DNA of 64,000 nt from Vicugna vicugna (Eukaryota): assembly GCA_013265495.1 (NCBI GenBank), contig MU058059.1, forward strand, positions 2,705,502 to 2,769,501, in the 5' to 3' direction. Shown in pieces: positions 39,457 through 51,093 of the stretch. The notes under the pieces were generated by a model. The model was given only the letters and a program-made list of their open reading frames with translations. It had not been told where the DNA came from and ran no database searches. Both the position numbers and the translations under genes were made by a program. How positions within the stretch are numbered: the first letter of the stretch is position 1; every line of letters begins with the position of its first letter.

Positions 39457-39990
39457 AAAGCAACCAGGGACTCACAGTGTAAAAGAAGTCATCATGTCAC
39501 AGCTTCTCTGAGTGCCCAATGGCTCTAGAGCTATAGATAAAGTTTTATTTTCTAACTAGAAATTTAAATAGTTGTCTTTTGTCCTCCTTCAGGCCTAAGA
39601 GGGAGTCTGAAAGGTAAACATTTTCTCAGCTCTTTTGAAAATGTGGGCTAATGAAAAGCCATAACATTGAAAATTGGGTCATTTTAGGCAATTTTTTAAA
39701 ATGATCATCTCCATCACAGAAGAAAACAAAGCCAGGTTAGCGATCTTGAAAGCCCTTTCTTCCTCTCTCTGGGTTCCCCGTAGGCATGTGACTTACTTTC
39801 CAAGGCAAGGATCAGAAGACATGGTCTTCATAATGCAGACTTACTCATGGGGAGCTAGCTGATGTAGTTAGTAGCAAAACTGTTCCAGAAGGTGCAGGAC
39901 CGTGTACCATATCCACAGGTAGTCAGGACCCGGTGGATGGCTCTAGTCATCGGATCTTTTTCTTGAAGCAGCGTTTTGTTTTGTTCTGGT

Positions 39991-40056
39991 TTGCCTTTGC
40001 TTTTGCCTTTGCTTTTGCTTTTGCTTTTGCTTTTGCTTTTGCTTTTGCTTTTGCTT
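39991..40056. repeat. (TTGCYT)11 hexanucleotide microsatellite
   Basis: ttgcct ttgctt ttgcct (ttgctt)8. Explains the SKSKSK ORF 39855..40073. Confidence 0.95.
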
Positions 40057-43000
40057 AATAAGGAAAAGTACATTTTGCCCCTTAAAGTGGTTCACGTAAT
40101 TCTCACTTAGGAAGTTGGGGCAGCAGGGGCTGGGGGGACTGCTGCTACTTTCGTGCTATTGCTTCCCCGCAGCGACCACATTATCCTGTGAGATCAGAAA
40201 GTGTCCTATTTTGCAAACACAATCAACAGTTAAATTTACCTGGCACCTTTTATATTCTCTTGTTGTAAACCTTCATTTAGAGACAAGGAGATAGGACGTG
40301 GGTTGGAAAGCAGTTGTTGGCCATGTGTGGATTAACCATTTCCCCTGCCAAGTCCTTGTTGGGGTCGGGGCAGTACCGAAAGGGCACAGATGAAGAGCAG
40401 ACGCCATGAGGTCAGACCCAGGCTGGTCTGCTGTGCGCCGGGGGCGGTCTTTCTGCATCTCCCGTCAGTGCAGCAGGCAGGTGGTACCCTTGAATATCAG
40501 TCCAGGCGATGGACTCCTCATTCTTCTCGCTGTTTACACCCCCCCATAGTCGGAGATGGAGAGCACGGGCCCCACCCTCATGGGAACGTGCTGAGTGCAT
40601 GCAGAGCTCAAGTGCAAAGAGACGCTTATCCTTTCGTCCTTGACTTGGTCTGTTTCCTGGTCACCAGTTAAGTGAAAACAATCAAATTAAAATAACTGTT
40701 TTTAAAAGCAAGGCCTATGGGGATTCCTGTGACTACCACAGATGCTAAAGAAACACAGCTGTGATGTGAGCACCGTCCCTCCTCCCCCCGCCCCAGCCAG
40801 CAGAGCATCTGTGTGTCCAGAGTGGAAAGAAACTGGTGTGGTGCAGTGTGGCTCTGCCTTGGAGGTCAGGAGCATTTTCTCTGACTAGTGGAGCAAGTGC
40901 TTCTTTCCCGATCCATTGTTGACCTCCTCCGGTCAGTCTGTCTGTCTCTCATCCTGCGGTGAGTTAACCAATAGCTGTGGATCTACTGGAAGACATCAAG
41001 GTCTTCCTCAGAGTCCATTCCCTTCTTCATCTTCCCACAAAAAAACAGAAGTCTGAAAACTTTCACATGGGTAAAGAAGGCAGAAGGGAAATTAAATTGG
41101 TAATTACATCACGACAAACTCAAAGCAGAATTAAATTGTTATAAGGAAAGTCAAATAATAGTTATTACTCAACTGTAAAGTAGTTGTCATTCATCGAGTA
41201 ACAAAGACACTATTCAGAAAAAGGGGGTGACTTTAAAATCCCTGAAGCTATTTTAAGTGCATATTTTATACGGGAATAGAAGTTACATGTCTGAATAAAT
41301 CTTTTATCACATAACAGTCTCGTCCTAGATGGAATTAACTAGTGATTTTTTTACTGTATTTTTATTGGCTTAATTTATTAATAACCTGAAAATGTTTCTG
41401 CTTGTGTTTGTCCCGCATCGCACAGCAGCTTACTCGTGGATGAGTAACGTACATTGTGACTCTGTTAACACAGCTCTAGGTGTGTAGTACATCCGGTCTT
41501 GGTCTGCCCCATGTTTTTTTTCAAAATGACAAATGCGGTGTAAAGCTATTATGATAATGAGATATCAGCAAAGACCATGACCAAGGTCCCTTCGTTTAAA
41601 ATGGGCAACTTCAAACTCTTAGCTCTTACGCCTGTAGTGTTATCATTTCCCTCTTGGATGTTATAAAATGATGTGTCCTGTTGTTTTGTTGCTTGGGTGT
41701 ATTAGTGGGAGGTGGGGCAGAGTCAGGACAAGGCTCTTTTCCAGCCAGTCCCTGATGAGGGCTGAGCTGTAGAGTAGCAGCAGTTTGAACACACGGCAGG
41801 CCATGGAGCAGACGTGGACTCTACAGACTGGCAGGATGAACCCTGCGGACGGTGCCTGTGCCTGTCTCCAGGTGCCCCAGCTCTGTCCGTCCGGCTCCGT
41901 CCAGCTCCGCACACTCTGGTTGCAGAGGTCGAGCTTCATTTAGGATCAAAGCCCAAAAGGCTGTCCCCAAACCCTACAGCTGTGAATCATTCAGTGATGA
42001 ATTATTGGACTCTTACCACAAGGCGTGGACTCTGCACCCACAAAAATGATGACCACACAGCCCCTGTGTCCGGGCGTCCACAGCCTGGGTTAGAGCACTG
42101 GACCGTGCCATCCGTCTGTGGTCAGGTCTGAGCCACCTGCAGGCAGGCGCAACTGTGTCCACTCCCTGCGGCTGTGCTGAGGGGCAGCTCGGCTGATAAG
42201 GCACCACCACACCCATAAAAAGGAATAATGAACTGGTTCTGCTGAACCACAGACCGATTGCAGAGTATCGGCCATTGCTGGAGGTGGCCAACAGCCAAGT
42301 GCTTTAGGAGGGTGGAGATCAGGGGAGTCAGAAGGAGCTTCAGCTCTAAGAGGGGAGCTTAGAAAGCCGTCCTGGGGGTGTGTGAGGATGTGAGTTCCTG
42401 GAACTGTGTTCTCTGGCCCCAGGGTGTTTCAGAACCGCTTCCCCACATCTGCTCCGCCTTCACATCTTCCTCCTGCTCTTCCCTTATTTTCCAGTTGGTG
42501 CCAGGAACTCTGAGAGTAGCCATGGCAAAGACCAGAAGTCAGCATTACTCAGATGATCAAACCATGCCAGTACAATATTACTAACTTAGTTACATGTGAA
42601 AATGGATTGTGGTGCGATAAGAACATGTCTGTATGTAGAGATATAGGCGTGAAATCAAATCCAATGGGAGGTTTGTTTAAAATCCTCCTATGAAATAAAA
42701 TAAAGCAAAAGTGGAAAAATCTTAAAAAAAAAAAAAAGTCAGTGTTACTAAGTCCTTCCTGCCACTGCCTCCTTAGACTGTTGAGTCCGTGAAGGCAGAA
42801 TGTGGAATAAAGTGGAAATTAAAAATCTCCAATTTTTTTCACCGGTCAACTGATAGCAGAGGACATTTGCATTATAAATTGAACAGGAAAAAAATGTATA
42901 TCTGGCTTATAACATGAAGATTAAAGACTCTGGGCATAATAAGGCCAAATCCTTAAGTAAATGGACTTCTAAGCTCCATTAAAAATGAAGAGAAAACTCT

Positions 43001-43402
43001 GGCAGAAGTTCTTAGAGAATTTTAGGCTTCAAGTCATGAAAACTTAGCTTACCTACTCTCACAGTTTTAACCAAAAATAACCTTCTTTCAGTTTGCAGTT
43101 GGGAAGAAAAACTAGATCTTTATATCTCTCAGGAGAATATTGAAAGATGGTGATAGAATTGAGATATTGAGAGAAACGTTAAATTTTCTGTGTTAAATAT
43201 TCAAATAGGGTAGGAATGAGCATTCAGCCTTTTTTAATAGATGGTACAGATAAAACGTGGGCTCACTCTTCGTCCCCTGTCCGTGTTCGTAGCATTTTAA
43301 CTAAAGGAAAACAGAAATAAATGAAATATTTAACACACAGAGTAGTTTAATAACCCATCACCTCATTCCTGTGAACATTCTCTTTCTTCCTTGACTCGTA
43401 CA

Positions 43403-43492
43403 TTTTTTTTTTTAATGAAGGCACCGGCAATTGCACCCAGGACCTCGTGCATGCTAAGCACGCGCTCCACCACTGAGCTGTGCCCGCCCTCC
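43403..43492 (-). mobile_element. Short tRNA-derived SINE (Vic-1-like)
   Basis: Reverse strand: gggcacagctcagtggtggagcgcgtgcttagcatgcacgaggtcctgggtgcaattgcc...poly-A. Probable TSD ctcgtacattt / ctcgcgcattt. Confidence 0.85.
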
Positions 43493-43590
43493 CTCGCGCA
43501 TTTCTGAAGAACAGCCTCCGCCATTAAGATCCCTGTGTGTGTTTACTGCACCAGGTTGTGATGCATAGTGTCACTTTCTCTGTCTTCCAG

Positions 43591-43678
43591 AGCTTCTTTG
43601 AAGGGCAGTCTGCACCGTGGGACTCTGCTAAGAAGGATGAGAACAGAATGAAGAACAGATACGGAAATATTATCGCAT
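43591..43678 (+). CDS. PTPRM: PTPRM coding exon (88 nt, phase 0-1): [29 protein letters not shown](Y); wedge and KNRY phosphotyrosine-recognition loop of D1
   Basis: Acceptor ctttctctgtcttccag|, donor CAT|gtaagt. Contains the KNRY motif and is phase-compatible with both neighbours. Confidence 0.97.
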
Positions 43679-44679
43679 GTAAGTGTTGACGGCGTAGCTG
43701 TGCTGTGCCGTAACTTCCTTTTCACGTCTGCTAAGACTGACCAGCAGTCTCATGCAGCGAGAATGTGCAGAGCAATTACTGCCTTCCTCTGCCTGGGAGA
43801 GCTGGTGTTCTGCTCGTAATAGGAAAAGCTAGCTAAGTAGCCCTGCTGCGTTCGTGCGTCTTGCTGTGGGGCTCGTTTTACTGTTAGATTTAAGGTTTGG
43901 GTGACGGAGGCAATGGTGAAATGCTGAGAGAGAAGATGCATGTGGGAAGGAGCTAGCACGCCAGGCCTGACGTCTCCCAGCTGCTGCAGGAGCAGGAGCA
44001 GGAGCCACGATGCGAAGCACGCCTGCTGCCGGGAGTGGGTTCTCAGCAGACGTGAGCTCGTTAAACCTCGGGACTCTTGGGGTGGGTAGGTCAGTTAGAG
44101 CCCCATTTTGAGGACAGGAAACTGAAGCTCGAAAGTTAAATAATAGTCCTGTCTCACAACACTCATTAGCAGAAGAGCTAGGATTCTGTCTCGGAAAGCC
44201 CCAGCTCCAGTGGAGCTGCCTGCTACCGACCCGTGACGCCTCGCACGGTTTTTACTCGAGCCCGGCCTCATTAACGTTCCATAACAGTCCGGGCCGCGCG
44301 CTAGACAGGCGAGCCTCCTTCTCCCGGGGCAGAAGCCACCCGTCCCCCGCGTTGAATGGCTCACAGCCACACATGGCTGCACCCAGGCACTGACAAGGCA
44401 CTCACGGAATCGTTGCTGTGTCCAAAGCCACGTCAGTTAAAGAAGCAACCACCACCACTGTGTGCAGTCGGCTTAGCTCCTAGCGCGTTGTGTCTGACTA
44501 CTTGCAAGAAGACAAACTTGGATGGTTTGAGTAGCCCAGGGGAGCTATACGCCAGCGTCACTGATTGCGAATATGCAGTTGGCTTTTATCTGCCTGTGTT
44601 AACATTTCTTGGTAGGACAGTTGAGATCCTACAGCAGCCCCATCGATTTTTCAGGGATTGTGGAAACAGCCTGTGTCTG

Positions 44680-44812
44680 GGCTGTCCGGGGCAGCACGTG
44701 GAATGTGGCTGGTGTGACAGAGGAATTGAGTTTTATGCCGTATTTAATTTTAATTATTTTTCATTTAAATCGTACATGAGACTAGGGGCTCCCATACTGG
44801 ACAGTGCGGATC
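44680..44812 (+). mobile_element. MER3-like hAT MITE fragment
   Basis: gaatgtggctggtgtgacagaggaattgagtttt...atttaattttaatt...catactggacagtgc. Confidence 0.65.
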
Positions 44813-44841
44813 ACAGTGTGTGTTATTCAGAAAAAGCAGGG

Positions 44842-44972
44842 TGGGGAAAGGGTACAGCTCGGTGGTAGAGTGCATGCTTAGCATCCATGAGGTACCTCCT
44901 GTAAGAATGAATAAATAAATAAACTTAATTACCTCCCCCCACAAAAAAAAAAAGAAAGAAAGAAAGAAAAGG
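44842..44972 (+). mobile_element. tRNA-derived SINE (Vic-1-like) with an internal deletion
   Basis: gggtacagctcggtggtagagtgcatgcttagcatccatgaggtacctcc...aattacctcccccc then A/(GAAA)n tail. Exact flanking repeat aaaagcaggg at 44832-44841 and 44973-44982. Confidence 0.88.
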
Positions 44973-45649
44973 AAAAGCAGGGCATTGGGGTTTACATATA
45001 ATATGAGCTGAGCCTGACCCTGCCCTGCTCTCCCTCTGCCTCTCCCAAAGCCGAACCACTGGTTTGCAGGTGACAGGTGCTGATTCGAGTGTCTTGTTTG
45101 TTCGCTTACTGAGGGCTTCATGTTTAGAGAGTCCTTTTTAGAGAGATGTTCCCCTGAGATCAAAGGCATAATGGCCCCTCAGGGAATTCAGTCAACACTG
45201 TGAGCATGGACACTGGGCCCCTACTGAGAATCTCAAGGTGATGGAGACGATGTCCCCACCCCCCCGGACAGAGTGGCCCGGCAGATGCCAGCGCGGTGAC
45301 TCATAATTACTGACCCCCTGTAAACACTTCACACCTGCGAGCTCACTCCTCTTCATCAGCCTGTGACGGAGCTAATGTTATCCATTTACAGGAGAGGAAA
45401 CCGGGGCCTCAGGAGGGAGGAGGGGTGGCACCGTTAACTAGATGGGGGCAGGATGCCACCCCAGGAGCAGCTCTCGTAACCACCAGCCAGCGGATGTTGG
45501 ATGGTTGGTTTCCACCGGCTTCACGAGCCTGCAGTTTTTGCCATTAGCATCATAATCTGCCTGGGCCAGTGTGACAGGAGGCAGCTTGAGGAGACTTTCC
45601 CCACCTCCGTCCCCATCCTTCATCTCCCCAGCCACCCCAAATAAATATA

Positions 45650-46090
45650 CAAACTAAGGAAAAAGTGTGCCCTCACTGTTGAAGGAGGTGCCCTATGCCC
45701 GGGAGGTTGGCATCTCCTTTTGGAGCCCGTGGGGAGACTTAGATGATTATACAAGTAAATAAAATAAAAGTCAGGGGTCCCAGGGGAAGACACAATACTG
45801 CAGGAACGCAGATGTGGGGGTGGACTCACTCCAAACGATGTGAAGACAGCCGACTCGGGGTGAGCACTCCCTTCGCAGGTGGGAACCCGGGGGTTTGAGG
45901 GGCGGAAGGAAGGCCAGGTGACCAGAGAGAGAGGTGAGAGCCAGACCTGCAGGGCCGTCTAGGGAAGAGTAAGTATTTCAGGCTTTATTCTAAGAACAAG
46001 GGAAACCTCAGTAAAGGGTCAGGAGGAGCCACCGAATTTACATTTGGAAAAATTAATCTAACTGCAGTAAAAAATGAATCGGAAGGGGAC
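45650..46090 (-). mobile_element. Degraded L2 fragment
   Basis: ggctttattctaagaacaagggaaacc...tttacatttggaaaaattaatctaactgcagt resembles antisense L2. Confidence 0.5.
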
Positions 46091-46991
46091 CTGGCTCGGG
46101 CTGAGGCGAGCATGGGGACCCACCGCTTTTACATGGAGGGGCGGGTCCTGACATTCACCTGGACTCGGTCACCTGTCCCCTCCCACTGCGCTTCCCAGCC
46201 GCTAGTGAGGTGACTGAGAGGAGAGCGAAACCTTTGACCCAGTCTGCCTCCCACCCCCCGGTTCTTTTTGCCAAAAACCCAGTCTCCACGGCCCGTGCCG
46301 AGGGCTTCGCGTTTCCAGGACTTTGTGTGAAAGCAGTGTGCGACTCCAGCAGTAACCATGTCGCTTTTGAGGGACCAGTACCATCATGATTCCTTTACTG
46401 CTTTATCATGAAGGCAGGCGAAGGGAGAGACCAGGAAGGGGTGAATTTAGGGGGTGAGAATGGACGGGCGAAGGGAGCTTTCCGCTTACAGATCGGGCGG
46501 ACGAGAGTAAGACAGAAACACATCAGCACAACATGTTTAGGGAAGAAAAGGGTAAAATCTAGGAAAATCAGGCAAAATAAAACAGGAGTCCAAGGATCTG
46601 CCAAGAGTCTGAAAATAAAGAGTAGGGGTCTGCGACAGAGGGTCCAGGTGAGAAAGTCAGAAACAGGTGGCCTGACAAGTTAGCCACACAAAGCCAACAG
46701 CAAGAGTGCAGGTCAGCGTGAAGCCACCCAGAGCTCAGCTCCAGGTCCCTTATGCTTCTTGCCCTGAACCCGCGTGGCTGGCGGAGCCCCGCAGCGGGCA
46801 GCAGCTGGCGGCCAGGCCGGAGCAGGCGTTGGGGAGGGCCGGTGGCCAGCACTTCCTGCCGGCTACCTCGACCCTGCTGCCTCTGGTACCTTGAACCAGC
46901 GCGGCACCGGCCCTCAGCACGGTGTAGCCGCAGGAATAGCGAGGCCGTGGTCTGCAGCAGTCAGCTGCAATTAAAATTGATCTGGGGGCTC

Positions 46992-47005
46992 CCGGCAGAG
47001 GGCAC
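46992..47005 (+). promoter_or_regulatory. Candidate CTCF site
   Basis: CCGGCAGAGGGCAC fits the core CCRSYAGRKGGCRS; motif evidence only. Confidence 0.35.
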
Positions 47006-47330
47006 ATGTTACTTAGTGATTCCAGGTTACCTTAAACATCTCATCAGTATTTAGCAGAAAGGGGGGAGTGGTTAGCGATGAAAGATGACCGGTGACAGAC
47101 GCCATCCCTGCCACGGCAGTAACACCTAACCACGTCCAAGTCACAGCTGCAGGCGCTTTCCCAGACCCACTGCGTTTAATAGGAAAGTTTTAAAATATTT
47201 GCAGCTCTACTATTACTTGATTAAAAGAGCACAAATGACATGTTTTCAGGACTGAGAGTGGAACACAGGAAGCTGCTTTTAATCTCTAGTTACCAAACCT
47301 CTACTGTGTGATCTCAGGCCCACGTGCAGG

Positions 47331-47765
47331 CGCACACACACACACACACGTAGATACATACACACATACACACATACACACACACACACACGTAGATACA
47401 TACACACATACACACACACACACGTAGATACATACACACATACACACACACACACACGTATAAATGCACAAGTGTATACGTATAAATGCACAAGTGTAGA
47501 CATGCATATACCCATATACATATGAGCACACATGTGTACACATGTGTACGCTTGTATATACACACATAGGACACACACATACACACACCTGTGAAACACA
47601 TAAATACATATATACACACATGCACGTATGTGCGTATACACACATTAATGTGTGCATGTATACATACACATACATGCATATAAACACAATACATATAGCA
47701 ACATAAACGCATGCATATACACACACACCATAAATACACACGTGCACACATGCAGACATACGTAC
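47331..47765. repeat. ~435-bp compound (CA/TA)-rich low-complexity repeat
   Basis: Near-continuous purine-pyrimidine alternation. Source of the C/V/Y/M-rich ORFs 47279..47846. Confidence 0.95.
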
Positions 47766-48779
47766 GGAAGAGTGCCAGGAGATTCTAACTGTGCAGCAGT
47801 AAGCAATGGTTTGTTACGACCAGGTCTTTATGTGCCTGTTTCTTAACCCAGAATGCAATTTTTGCCCTGTTTCATGTAGTAAGGCCTTTCTTGAAAGAAA
47901 TTAGAGGAATAGCAACAGACCTTTGATGTGGGCTGAGTTTCTCAGAGTGGCAGTCTGTTACCTTTCTTGATGGGGTAGCACCGACTTGTGATAACAATAT
48001 AAACATTAGTGGGGTTTTAATCATATTCCAGCCATCCGTGGCTAAATGAGTTTCTTTTTATTTCCAATTATAAAAGCAGTTCATACACATTAAAGAAAAT
48101 TTGTGCTGTAAAGAAAAGATGAGGAAATTGCCCAGGACCTCACCAACCAAATTCAAATCCTGCTAACATTTTACTTCTATTTCCTTCAAATCTCTGTATT
48201 CTATGCCTTGAAGTGGTTGACTTTATTTTTTAAAATAAAAATAGATTTATTGTTTTCTTTCTGATTACTAAAGCAATATAAAGTCTGTAGACAGTTGAAA
48301 TAGTACATAAATTCATAAATAAGAAAATGAATATTCCTCCAAATTTTACCACCCAGCAAAAGCCACATCCTTTACACTGCCCACCATGCCTTCCCACGTA
48401 GACAAATGTGTTCTGTTGTTTCATATAAATAGACTCTTAACACACCTGCTGCTCTGTGACCTGCCCTACAGCACCCTACAGTATGTCACAGAGCACTTCC
48501 CAAGTAAAGAAATTAAAGGTACAGGAACCCTTTTTAATGGTTGTTTCAGATCCCATTGTCTGTTAAGATCACTGTTGATCAATCCTCTGCTGATATCATT
48601 GAATGGTTGAAACTAGGTGGGGACAGAATAACTTGTGTTTCAGAAAAGTAGCTCTCCTCACGAATTCACTGGAGAGGGAGGACTCTGGAGGCAAAAATAG
48701 TTTAGTTCCAGGGAAAAACAATCAGGTCGTGACGTCATGGGCAGTAGAGACAGGAGTGACGGCTCACTCTTACTTAGGA

Positions 48780-49005
48780 CTGACTACGTACCAGACAGTA
48801 ACTCATGACCGATACTAACTCCCTTCATCCTCACCGAAAGCCAATAAGGGAGGCACTATTTTTGTTTCCATTTTACAGTGGGAGAAACTGAGGCACAGAG
48901 GTTAACTAACTTGTCCAAGGTCGCACAACTGTTAAGTGGTGGAGCTCAGAATCAAACCCAGGGGTTTTTGCTCCAGAGCCTGTGATCCTAACCTCTGGGC
49001 TACAC
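48780..49005 (-). mobile_element. MIR SINE
   Basis: ccattttacagtgggagaaactgaggcacagaggttaactaacttgtccaaggtcgcacaact...tcaaacccagg (MIR core). Confidence 0.85.
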
Positions 49006-50771
49006 TGGACAGAAAGAGGGGTGGGGAAAGAAAAGCTGTGGAGCAGATACCAGGGAATGAAGGCGTGGGAGTTGTTGAGAAGTTTTCAGCCTGTTTCCAA
49101 ACTTTTCCTGTCTCCTCTCTACAACTAGCTGGACTCCTCCTCTCCAAAAAGTGGTTGCCTGGACTTTCTGGTTCTGCTCTGCTCTGCTGGTCCCCAGACA
49201 AGCCTCCTGGGCTCATCATGCTTTGACTTGCCAAACTCTAGCAAAGACGTTGCTTTTATCTGTAGAAAAGAGTAAATTTTTTTTAATGGGGACTGTCCTG
49301 TGTTCCGGGTATTTGACATGCAGTGTCTCACTTGGTCTCCCCAACACTCCTGTGAAGGTACCATCATCACCCCCGTTGACAGACTCAGATTTTTGTCTAA
49401 GCTCACATTTCATGGGGCTGGTAGAGCCTGCATCCAAATCAGTGCCTCGCAGACACCAGAGCCTGGTTATTTTCATGGACTATGCAACGTGAACATGAAA
49501 TGGCTTTGGAACACACCCATCCTAGGAGAGAAATGGGGCCAGTTTCTAACTCGAGTCGGGTCTTGTCAGACTTACAGTTCTTACAGGCTTTACCGCTTGG
49601 CTTTCATGGTTGGTAATGGAGGTCACGTAATCCTCAAATCCCCCTGGATTTCCCAGCTTTTGTACCTGAGCAGTCGAGTTCTCCGAACTGCTTCCTCTTT
49701 TCAACCCACTTGGTAGACTCTGGCGCTGAGAAAGGCCCCCTCCCAGCTTGTTGGCCTCCAAAGCTAACTGGGAGGACCGGAGCTCAGCTAGGGGGCAGCT
49801 GGCATTTCTACGGATCCTTTGCCTGAGTGACTCCATATTTGCTTCATGCCAGAGATGTCCTCTGGGATCTCCTCGTAGTCATTTGTTAATATTTAGCCTC
49901 AAGAGTGCTCCAAGAGAAGGGACTGAGGTTTCCCTGAACGAATGTCTGTACACATTAGTCTTCTGAATTGGCACTGAATTCAAGGCAAACAGGATTTCAA
50001 GAAAATATGGTAATGAGCCTCCAGGTGCTGCTTTATTTACCCCCAGAAGTCCATATGTACTGTTTTTATAGCTGTGTGCGTTGAGGGCTTGATTTAAAAG
50101 AGGACGCCTGAGAATCCCAGTTTCCACCACTGAGTCATTCTCGGATATCCAAGCAGCAGTTTAGAGTAGACGCTTGTGGACGGATTGTCTCACTTCTTTT
50201 GTTTTCATTTCCACTGACTCAGTGTGGGTGAGGGTGCTGCTTCCACTTATGGTTCTGCTGTGTAGGAGGGATGGTTTTCCCATCAGCCTTCCGGAGGGCA
50301 GAGCATGAACTTGGCAAATGCTGTCTTACATTCAGGAGGGGCAGCCGTGCCACCACCAGCCTCCCCTCCACGGGCACGGCTAACGCCCTGTGTTCTCCTT
50401 CCCCTGGAGGTGGAGGCATCCCTCTGCCAAAGCGTCCCTCTCCCCGCCTCAGGATGCACTGACCCGGCAATGCTCGCGCTTACGTTATCACCGAAGGAGA
50501 GGCTGTCTCGTAGACCTCGCTCATAAACACACCTGCGTTACTGATGAATGCGGTTGTCCTTAAGTAGCAGACCACAGAATCACTGCCTTTGCCTCATCAG
50601 GGAACCAGCCTGTCTGAGGAGATCTGCCCAGCAGAGGAGACCCCAGGGGCTCTCAGGCTGCAGACCCGCGAGGCGGCCTTGCTGCCTTGAAAGTGTTCTT
50701 TTCTAGACTATCTGGGACTTGGGTGGAACACTGAACATGTGTCCTACAAGGAGCGATGGAGAGTGGACTCG

Positions 50772-51093
50772 TTTTTTTTTATTTTGGTTACACGCAACAG
50801 AAAACTTACCATCGTAACCATTTCTAGGTATACAGTTCAGTGGCGTTAAGTTTATTCACATTGTTGTGCAACCGTCACACCATCCATCTCCAGAACTTTC
50901 TCATCTTCCTAAACTGAAACTCTGCTCCCATTAAACAAGCACTGCCTCCTCCCACCATCCCAGCCCTTGACAGCCAGCATCCTGCTCTCTGTCTCTCTGA
51001 ATTTGACCACTCTGGAGTCTTCATGTAAGTGGGATCATACAGTATTTGCCCTTTTGTGTTTGAGTTATTTCGCTGAGCATAATGTCCTCAAGG
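50772..51093 (-). mobile_element. L1 (L1MA/MB-type) 3'-end fragment, antisense
   Basis: tatacagttcagtggcgttaag...cattgttgtgcaacc...catctccagaactttt...aactgaaactct...atcatacagtatttg...agcataatgtcctcaagg. Confidence 0.85.

Noticed and set aside
47279..47846. Cys/Val/Tyr-rich proteins
   Set aside because: Translations of a (CA/TA)n low-complexity tract.
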